Source: Diplonema japonicum (lineage: Eukaryota; Protista; Euglenozoa: Diplonemea). From it: 64,000 nucleotides of DNA. The translations under genes and the position numbers were made by a program. The notes under the pieces were generated by a model. It did not search any database, had not been told where the DNA came from, and worked only from the letters and a program-made list of their open reading frames with translations. The stretch spans positions 124,001 through 188,000 of the forward strand of contig OZ025653.1 of assembly GCA_964019335.1 (NCBI GenBank), in the 5' to 3' direction. Below are positions 56,525 to 64,000 of the stretch, in pieces. Each line of letters opens with the position of its first letter. The stretch's first letter is position 1.

Positions 56525-57563
56525 AAAAAAAAAAAAAAAAAAAAAACTTCAATTAGGCGTAATTGATATCATAGCACGAGCTGTTTGTATTTTCTTTTTT
56601 TCCCCCCTTTCTTTTTCTGAAAAGAAGAACCCTTAGAATACCGATACACAGACCTTTTTCTTTTTTTTAAATCTTTTTCTTTTCTTTCTTTTTCCTTTTT
56701 AAAAATTCGCTTTCAATTTTGGTTTAAAAGTGATGAGAGAATGGGGAGAAGACAAAAAGGCATAGAGTAGAAAAAAAAAAACTTTGAAAAAAGACCAGAA
56801 AAATTCCGCCAGAAAGGAAGGAAGGAGAAGAGAGGAGATCAAAACAAAAACAAAAAAAAAGAGAGATAAAATATTGAATTTTATGAACTCTAAAAAAGAG
56901 AGTACCTTGTGGGTCTTCTCTCTTTTTTTTTTTTTTTTTTTTTTTTTTTCTTTCTTTTCTCCCCCCTCGTTTCTCGTTACTGAATAAAAATCTGGAAAGG
57001 TTTCTTTTCCTTCTTTTTTTCTTTTTTTTTTTTTTTATTTCACTCTTTTGAAATTTGTTTCACGCTTTGTAGCCTTTTGACAAAAAAAATACTTAAGTTC
57101 ATCCCAACTGTCTTCCAAGTACATAGTACATGAATAGTTGAGGGAGGAGTCAGCCCTCTTCTCTCACGAACCTATTCAGCATGTCAAAGGCCGACAAGGT
57201 AATTGCAGCAACGTGAAATATAACTACTTACCAAGGAAAGCCCCACCGTCCCCAAGGTTCCACATTCAACCATCTCGGCCCTGCGGGCCCTCGACAGCAA
57301 AACATGGACACCTCAGACCCCGGACCTGGGAGGTAACCGTAAAGTCACTTCCTTATTGGCAGTAAACAAGTAAGCTTTTTTTTTTCTTTTTTCTTTTTTC
57401 TTTTTTTTTCTCCCTTTCCCTTTTTTTTTTTATATCCCCTGTTCTTACACCACCTACATACCACAAAAAAAAAAAAAAAAAAAAAAAAAAAGGGAATGGA
57501 TTTCCTGGCCAGACTGATAAATGAGGGGGAAAAAAAAAAGAAAAAAAAAAAAAAAACACAAGC

Positions 57564-58685
57564 CTAAAAGTCGAGGTGAGTTAAGTCTTGATGAGATGCA
57601 GCAGTAGAAGAAGTTGGAGTGGCGTACTGTGTAAAAGTACGATGGGGGCCTGCAGGGCCCATGCCGCCCGAGACGGCTGGCCGGTACCGCCTCCGCGCTT
57701 CAGCTGCTGGGACCCGACCGGGTGACGAAGGGCTCTGTGTGTGCCAGTGGTAGGTAGGTGATTGCTGTTGAGTGGGCTGACTCAGAGAAGGATGTGAAGA
57801 GTGGGATGTGCCACCCTCCAGCTCTTGGATTCGTGCCCTCAGCCTGCTGTTCTCTTCCTGCAGCCTTGTCGAGGCAGAGTTGCCACCAGAGTTGTCCAGC
57901 CCGCTAAGGACCCCGACACTGGGTGGCGCCCCTAGCGCTGATTTCACATTTGGGAAGGCTGCGTAAACATTATTCAGATAAGCGACGACCTCCTTGTCGT
58001 ACTCCAGGAACTGTTCTCTGATATTGTCGATCTCGATGTTCTGGTCTCCGATTGCCTGCCGCAGCGCGTCCTTGCATGTGCTCAGCTGGTCCTCTAGGTG
58101 CCGTATCCTGTCCCGCTGCCCATCGTCACCTGCGTCGTAGTCCGAGTGCCCGCTGCTTTTTTTTATTTGCTTCTTGCTTGGTATCGGTTCGATGAAAAAA
58201 GAAAAATCGAATTCTCCATCCTTCCATCCTTTCGGCGGCTGCAGCCTGTGGAGCAACGTGCACCCTTCGTCAAGGGGGTCCGGCTTCACGGGCAGAGCGT
58301 GAGATTCGGTCAGATGGAAGTAAAGACGCTTCAGGATCTTCACAATGATATTGCGGTCGCGCTTCCCGCCTAGTGGGCGGAAGAAGTAGTCGAACTCGCT
58401 CGGCACGCTCAGCAGCGCGTCGTCGTCCTCGTTGACGAAGACCTCTTGGATCGCTGTTATCTTGAAGCCACGGAGGATCCGGTTGCCCACAGAGCACGAG
58501 TACAAAGACTCCGGGCACAGCACCAACACGTGCTCTTCCTTCCTCTTCGCACCATCCACCACGCTCGTCACCACCACCTTTCCCATCCAGTGCATCATTG
58601 CGTTGTTCAGGTCTTTGAACTCCGGCATCAACTCAGGAGGAACTCCTTTGAGGATCGGAAGCCCGCTGCGCTGATCCTTCACCAT
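57564..58685 (-). CDS. Hypothetical protein: PH-like N-terminal domain plus coiled coils
   Basis: 373-aa ORF. Beta-rich 'HWMGKV...HVLVL...LYSC...I..IQEV...LLSVPSEFD' followed by heptad segments. Confidence 0.75.
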   Translation of the reverse strand: MVKDQRSGLPILKGVPPELMPEFKDLNNAMMHWMGKVVVTSVVDGAKRKEEHVLVLCPESLYSCSVGNRILRGFKITAIQEVFVNEDDDALLSVPSEFDYFFRPLGGKRDRNIIVKILKRLYFHLTESHALPVKPDPLDEGCTLLHRLQPPKGWKDGEFDFSFFIEPIPSKKQIKKSSGHSDYDAGDDGQRDRIRHLEDQLSTCKDALRQAIGDQNIEIDNIREQFLEYDKEVVAYLNNVYAAFPNVKSALGAPPSVGVLSGLDNSGGNSASTRLQEENSRLRARIQELEGGTSHSSHPSLSQPTQQQSPTYHWHTQSPSSPGRVPAAEARRRYRPAVSGGMGPAGPHRTFTQYATPTSSTAASHQDLTHLDF

Positions 58686-58964
58686 GGTGCCGCCGACCCT
58701 GTCTGGAGGGGGTGAGGGGGTTTTCTTTCTTTTTCCCCCCCCCTTTTTTCCTTCTGATTCTTCAAGGTATTCGTTTTTGCGCTTGGGCTTGGCGGGTGCC
58801 GACTGCGGTCAGACAGCGGGCACCACTGAGTTGATAAAAAAGGCCAAAAAACCTGGAGGCCAAATGGTTTGATTAATGGAAAGCTGGTTATGTTGTGTGG
58901 TAAACAATACAAACATTTTTCTATAAAAGTCTATACACGATACGTCACCCTGAACTCACTGAAC

Positions 58965-59282
58965 TCACAAGGAAATAATGTCTCTTGCGCGGCTGCGACG
59001 CGACTTGCCCTTCTCCTGCTCTTGCCCCTCGTTGTGCATGTGGGCGATCGTTTGTGGAAACATGTTCACATGGTTGGCAGAAGCCTTCCACGGCTTGCGT
59101 GTAGCAGCAACAGGCTTGCTCCTGCTCCTCTTTTGTCTTGCGGTGTGTGACTTGCGTGGTGCGCCTGAAGCCTGTAGTGCCTTCAACTCGCTTTTTAAGT
59201 AAACCTGTTCCTTTTCTAACAGCAGCGCTTCGTTGGCCAAAGAGGCATACAGGACAGACCGAGCCTCCTTTGCAGCACTCAT
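58965..59282 (-). CDS. Small basic coiled-coil hypothetical protein
   Basis: ~105-aa frame starting MSAAKEARSVLY, after a CAG acceptor-like site. Confidence 0.5.
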   Translation of the reverse strand: MSAAKEARSVLYASLANEALLLEKEQVYLKSELKALQASGAPRKSHTARQKRSRSKPVAATRKPWKASANHVNMFPQTIAHMHNEGQEQEKGKSRRSRARDIISL

Positions 59283-59676
59283 CGACTGTGGTGGATCTAA
59301 AAAATGCAGCAACAAAGAAAAAAAAAGAAGGTTAGCTTACGTTGTTTAAAAAAAAGGGGGGGGATCATGGATGGGGAGGGGGGAGAAAGCCCAATGAAGA
59401 GCAACAGTGGAAAGTAAAAATAAACCAATGAGAAAAAAAAATCAAATAAAAAAACTACCTTTTCTTTTACACTTTTTCCGTTTTTCTTTTCTTTCTTTTT
59501 GTGAAAAAAAATAAAAAATCCCTCGTTTTAAAATGCGAGGGAAGAGAGGAGTAGAAGATCAAGATTTCTTTTGTTTTTGTCCTTTCTTTCCCCCCCCCCC
59601 CCCATTTCTCCAAATTAGGTGTGTAAAAAAAAGAAAAAAGAAGAACAAGTGTCGGTGATGGAGAGACTTATTTCTT

Positions 59677-62600
59677 TTACTTTCTACCCTTCCCACCTTT
59701 GCTTCCTTTAGACCCTTTGCCTTTGGACCCTTTGCCTCCTTTAGACCCTTTTCCACCTTTTGAAGAATCCTTACCGCCACCCTTGGACCCCTTTGTTTCG
59801 AACAACTCTCTGTCTGGTGCGTCCCTTCTGCTGCCTCTGACCTCCCGCACGACAGCGGTTCCAAAAACAGAACGGAAGTTTGCCTCCATGTTCTCTTTGT
59901 TCTTGACTCGGAATATGGACTTACGTTTAGGCCTTAACCTTGTGAGGGAGGATGACGCCAGGTCCCATTGCCTCAGTGCGTAGGTTTGCCAGGTAGACCA
60001 CATCAGCTTCATGTGCTGTTTCTGCGATTTCCTCAGTGCCACCCATGCTTTCAAAGCGTCTTTCACACTCGTCTTCACTATGTTGTTTACCCGCTCGGGA
60101 GTGAACTCTTCCGCCTTCTTGCTCCCTGTGTGGCTCTGCACGGCGGCCACCGGGCAGCACAACCCGTTCAGCCCTTTGTCTAGAGCAGCATACGCTGTAT
60201 CCACCAAGCCATGCGTCTCGAAGAACCCATTTCTCAAATTCTTCAAAATAACAAACACCTCCTGCCGTGTGAGGATCTCATTCGCCGACAGCGCAGACCT
60301 AAGCATGTCGATAGGTGGCGCAGGCGCCCCTCCCAGCCTCACAACCAAACGTCGCAGTGCTGCAGTAAACCCAGCATCCTTCAAAGGCTCCGCCCTTACC
60401 TGTCGTTCGTGGGTGCTAAGAGCCACCTGTCGCACCCTGGCAGGTTCAGGCACTCTGTACGGTGCAAAGAACTCCTTTACCCATTTCCACTCCTCTTGGC
60501 GCTCCTTCTTTTTCTCTGCCTGTTCCTCCTCTGTTACAACTTTCGGCTCCGTCCTGCCAACTGCCTCGTGCAGATTCACCACAACGCCCCCAAGACCGTT
60601 CCGGCCAACTCTGCCCGCCTTGTTGATGTACTGCTCGTAGCTTGCGGGGACATCGACGTTGACTACAGCCTTCAGGTTGGAGAACTCTAGACCGCGTAGC
60701 TTCCTGATGTCTGTGATCAGCACTGAGATCTTGAGCCCGAATGCCTTCAGCGCCAAGTCCCGTTGCTGAGGCAACATGTCACACGTCAGCACCACGTGGC
60801 GTATGCGCCCCATGGCAGTCTTCACCTGCTCCACGGAGTCCTTGGTGCCGCAGAACACAACAGTTTTCCCATTAATTGCTGCTAAAACCTTCGTGAGGGC
60901 GATCTCCTTCACGAAGGCAGCGTGTGTGTAGTGCCGAACGAGTGGTGGTGTGAGCTTCTTGGGGTTTACTCGTATAATCTTCGGGGACTTGGTCATCTCA
61001 ACAAGCTTTTCCATCTCGTGGTCGGTGAAGGTGGTGGAGGTGAAGACGCACTGCACTGTCTCTGGCATCCTGGAAAAGACTAAACCAAGGTCGTTAGTCT
61101 TGCTAAACTCACGGAATAACAAGTCCGTCTCGTCCATAGCAATGACGGCTACTTGCGAGGCGTCGAGGTCTGCTGTGGCCTCTGCCACGCTTTTAGGGTC
61201 ACCTACCAGAATCTTCATCCCAGGACCGCAGGTGTTCTTTTCTGGTGTCGCGATGCACATGGCGCCAGTCCCGACCCTTAGGTCCCTGGACAGCTTGACG
61301 AGCATCAAGTTCGTCTGCTCTGCCAGTTCTCGTGACGTTGTCAAAAGCACTGCTTGGAGTGCGTCCAACCCCCATTGCATTTTCTGCAGCAGGGCAATGC
61401 ACAAGGAAAGGGTCTTACCGGTCCCGCTTGGTGCTTGAATGATGACGTCGGACCCTGACACGATGGCGGGGATGCATCTACACTGGATGGGGGTCGGCCT
61501 CTTCATCCCGAAGGTGCCCATTCCCTTGTGCAGGCCGGGTAAGAGCATCATGTTGTCCCAGGAAGACACGGACAAGTTGTAGTTGAAGTCACTGGCGAAC
61601 TCTCTTTTGTCAGTGATGGTGGACGCTGCTATTTCTTCAAGGGCACCCTTTTCCACCGGTGTCAGGCCGATGCCAGCCTCTTGCGCATACTCTTTCAGAA
61701 CTTGGATCTCTACGCGGTCGGGGTGTGTTGCTTCGCTTTCTTCACTATCTTCTTCATCTTCTTCCAGGTCAGTGTCAATGTCGCTTTCCTCTGACTCCTC
61801 AACCGTTTCTTCTGATGATGTCTCACCAACACCATCTCCCTCGACACTGGAGGCTTCCTTCCATTCTGATTCAACTATAGGAGCAAGGTCGATGGCGCGG
61901 CCTTTGTGCCTGAAGTTCACAGGGCCCAAGTCGTCGGAGCTATCGTCGGATTCGGTGGTGGTCTCGTCCACCTCCTCTTGGATCAACGAGATGGAGAAGC
62001 CCTTCTGCATCCTGCAGCAACGTGCTAAATACTCCGTCGCATCCTTTGCCAGGTCATAGTGGACCACTGCAGTGACGGGAAGCTGCACTCGAGGAATAGA
62101 GTCGGATGCTACTAAATATGGCTGATCGCCTGCAATGAACTTGTTTGTCAAAGCGCACCTTAGGTCATGTTCTAGCCCATCGTCGACATGTGCCACCTCA
62201 AACCCAGCATCTTTCAACGCCTGCTGCACTTCATACAACGAGTCCTTGCAATAAATCACCGCACGCTCGCATTTCTCTTGTAACAGATGCAACAGAGCTT
62301 CGTTCTTGTCTTCGGCCTGCACGTAGAAGTGAGCCACTTTCTCTGAGGGCTTTCCAGAGAAGCACGAGATTTTCTGAACCTTGGCTAGTTTCTTCATCAT
62401 TGTTTTGTTGTGCACTGCCCTTGCAAGGCCTTGGTCCGAGGCGAAGAGATTGACACCTTTGTAGTTACGACCTTCGAGAGTGGCGGTGATGTGTGTTGTC
62501 GTTCCGACGCCGATTCTTACTTTGGAGTTCAGCGGCTTGGAGTTCGTCATGACAATCTCACGATCTGTGAGGGTACCAGCGGAGGCCTCTTTGAGGAAGG

Positions 62601-63102
62601 CGATGGCCTCATCACATGCACCTTTGGTACCGACGAGTAGGAGGCACAGCGTCCCAGGGTGTGTCATGACGTAGTTCACAATTCCGATGTACATTGTAGT
62701 GGTCTTCCCACTGAATGCGGCATCTGTAATGTCAATGGACACCCCGTTCATGACCTTCTCCAGCTGTGTCTGCTGCCTTAGGTAAGGCTTCTCCAATCCC
62801 ATCGACATTAACGAATTCCCAACAGTCGCGTTCAGCCCGATGGAGTTGAAGAAAAACGGCGACCACTCAACCGTCATCTCCGCCCCCTTCGCAGCTTTCC
62901 CTGTTCCCTTCGTGATGGGCTTCATGTCTACCCCGACCTCCCGTGCCATCTTATGTGCCTCTACGAATTCATGAGCGGCAGCATCGTTGTGCCTCCTCTT
63001 TTTTGCCCCCCCGGTTTTCCTTTCCGTCCGCTGTTCTTCTAACTTCTCAGGTAGCTCGTCGAACCGTTCCCACTTCACTCTTCCCGTGCGCCATGACACC
63101 AT
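59677..63102 (-). CDS. Tandem (double) DEAD-box/eIF4A-like helicase with acidic linker and GGKGSK tail
   Basis: Cassette 1 is degenerate: 'GLEKP..RQ', 'AFSGKTT', 'AVIYC', 'LVASD', 'VVHYD', 'YLARCCR'. Cassette 2: 'GMKRPTPIQ', 'QAPSGTGKT', 'TSRELA.Q', 'DETD', 'STT', 'RGL', 'YINKAGRVGR'. ATG at 63102. Confidence 0.85.
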   Translation of the reverse strand: MVSWRTGRVKWERFDELPEKLEEQRTERKTGGAKKRRHNDAAAHEFVEAHKMAREVGVDMKPITKGTGKAAKGAEMTVEWSPFFFNSIGLNATVGNSLMSMGLEKPYLRQQTQLEKVMNGVSIDITDAAFSGKTTTMYIGIVNYVMTHPGTLCLLLVGTKGACDEAIAFLKEASAGTLTDREIVMTNSKPLNSKVRIGVGTTTHITATLEGRNYKGVNLFASDQGLARAVHNKTMMKKLAKVQKISCFSGKPSEKVAHFYVQAEDKNEALLHLLQEKCERAVIYCKDSLYEVQQALKDAGFEVAHVDDGLEHDLRCALTNKFIAGDQPYLVASDSIPRVQLPVTAVVHYDLAKDATEYLARCCRMQKGFSISLIQEEVDETTTESDDSSDDLGPVNFRHKGRAIDLAPIVESEWKEASSVEGDGVGETSSEETVEESEESDIDTDLEEDEEDSEESEATHPDRVEIQVLKEYAQEAGIGLTPVEKGALEEIAASTITDKREFASDFNYNLSVSSWDNMMLLPGLHKGMGTFGMKRPTPIQCRCIPAIVSGSDVIIQAPSGTGKTLSLCIALLQKMQWGLDALQAVLLTTSRELAEQTNLMLVKLSRDLRVGTGAMCIATPEKNTCGPGMKILVGDPKSVAEATADLDASQVAVIAMDETDLLFREFSKTNDLGLVFSRMPETVQCVFTSTTFTDHEMEKLVEMTKSPKIIRVNPKKLTPPLVRHYTHAAFVKEIALTKVLAAINGKTVVFCGTKDSVEQVKTAMGRIRHVVLTCDMLPQQRDLALKAFGLKISVLITDIRKLRGLEFSNLKAVVNVDVPASYEQYINKAGRVGRNGLGGVVVNLHEAVGRTEPKVVTEEEQAEKKKERQEEWKWVKEFFAPYRVPEPARVRQVALSTHERQVRAEPLKDAGFTAALRRLVVRLGGAPAPPIDMLRSALSANEILTRQEVFVILKNLRNGFFETHGLVDTAYAALDKGLNGLCCPVAAVQSHTGSKKAEEFTPERVNNIVKTSVKDALKAWVALRKSQKQHMKLMWSTWQTYALRQWDLASSSLTRLRPKRKSIFRVKNKENMEANFRSVFGTAVVREVRGSRRDAPDRELFETKGSKGGGKDSSKGGKGSKGGKGSKGKGSKGSKGGKGRK

Positions 63103-63224
63103 TCCTTGCACTGCCTCCAATCCTGATGAGTTTATTAAGCTGGTTTGAAAAAAGAAATTGAGGGTGGGGGTAGGCCTAGTTATGAAATGAAAGGTAAACG
63201 CCTTGGAAAAGACCTAACTGCATC

Positions 63225-64000
63225 TTATATGGTTGTCACGGATTGCACGCTCATGGATCCCAAACTGTGACACCTCTTGTTTGCCGCCACTACTCTGATC
63301 CCTTGCTGCACTTCCACGGGGTGCTCTACAATGCGCAATGCGTAATTGAGAACCGTGTCGTTGCCTCGTGCCTCGCACAACAGCCGCAGCGCGTCTGCAC
63401 TGTCGGTGGACCATGCGGTGCAAATGGCCTTCTTGCCTTCTGACCAATGTATGTCTGTCTCGCTTGGCTCAGGTGGTGGGAAATCCCACTTCCTACCAGA
63501 GGGGCTGAACTTGTACTGGAATATCTTCACCATTGTGCCGGCTTCGACACGCCACCGTGCCACAAGCCTGATATGCTCCTTCAAGCTCCCCTCCGACGCC
63601 TGGCTGGGGATGTCTGTCTCTGCGATCAAGACAAGACAACCGATCTTCTCGGCAAGCAACGCAACATTTTTGCACAGGGAAACACACCACCCCATTACAG
63701 TAAGGAACTTTCTCTTGTCACCGACATTGCCCTCAAGGGAGAATCCTGTTGACATGCCCCACGTCACGTATTCCTCCATGCTGCGCGTATGGACTTCGTG
63801 GAAGAAGGCTGTGCAGCACCTGTGATTGATGTAAGAAGAAATGTGCACACCTGAGTGAGTTTAACACGTGCTGTGTACAGGGCTTCCCTACGTTCCATGA
63901 CAGGAGCGTGCTGTTCCCGCATGTGTACATGACAAGGCCCTGTGTCCTGTCGAGCACGTCATCCAAAGCAGACAGCAAACTGTTTACCATTCTGGAGATG
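63225..64000 (-). CDS. 3' part of a protein with a degenerate nucleotide-cyclase-like domain (probably continues beyond the window)
   Basis: Intron 63820-63850 (31 nt) joins LNSLR|CCTAF. 'WGMSTG..LEGNVG...FLTVMGWCV' resembles the degenerate cyclase domain of the 20066-22813 gene. Confidence 0.65.

Noticed and set aside
57225-57236. TACTTACC resembling the U1 snRNA 5' end
   Set aside because: No downstream U1 stem-loops or Sm site recognised. No tRNA, rRNA or SL RNA gene was recognised anywhere in the window.

Overview
Eukaryotic (protist) nuclear DNA. It is most likely a euglenozoan of diplonemid type, which is an inference from four observations: all ~25 supportable genes lie on the minus strand, compact stretches have 50-200 nt spacers, a CAG|G acceptor sits just upstream of most ATGs, and there are trypanosomatid-type adenylate cyclase domains together with many 31-50 nt GT-AG introns. 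The first 10.5 kb is one uninterrupted minus-strand ORF (>3,500 aa; LamG/SPRY/CUB-like, probably an E3-ligase scaffold). The ORF track missed it because it runs off the left edge. Other genes encode an ankyrin+LRR protein, an EF-hand protein, an adenylate cyclase-cytochrome b5-globin fusion, SART1/Snu66, a TauE/SafE transporter, Derlin, an LRR protein, a bacterial-type UDP-galactopyranose mutase, a CCCH zinc-finger protein plus a chimeric partial duplicate, ubiquitin E1, a JmjC-HAD(SAK) fusion, a cyclic-nucleotide-regulated channel, a dual-specificity phosphatase, a tandem DEAD-box helicase and a truncated cyclase-like gene. The long homopolymer-rich spacers carry a TIR/TSD MITE, a dispersed hairpin repeat family (one copy has an insert flanked by an 18-bp duplication) and other short repeats. 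All translations, splice sites and domain calls were made by eye without database searches.
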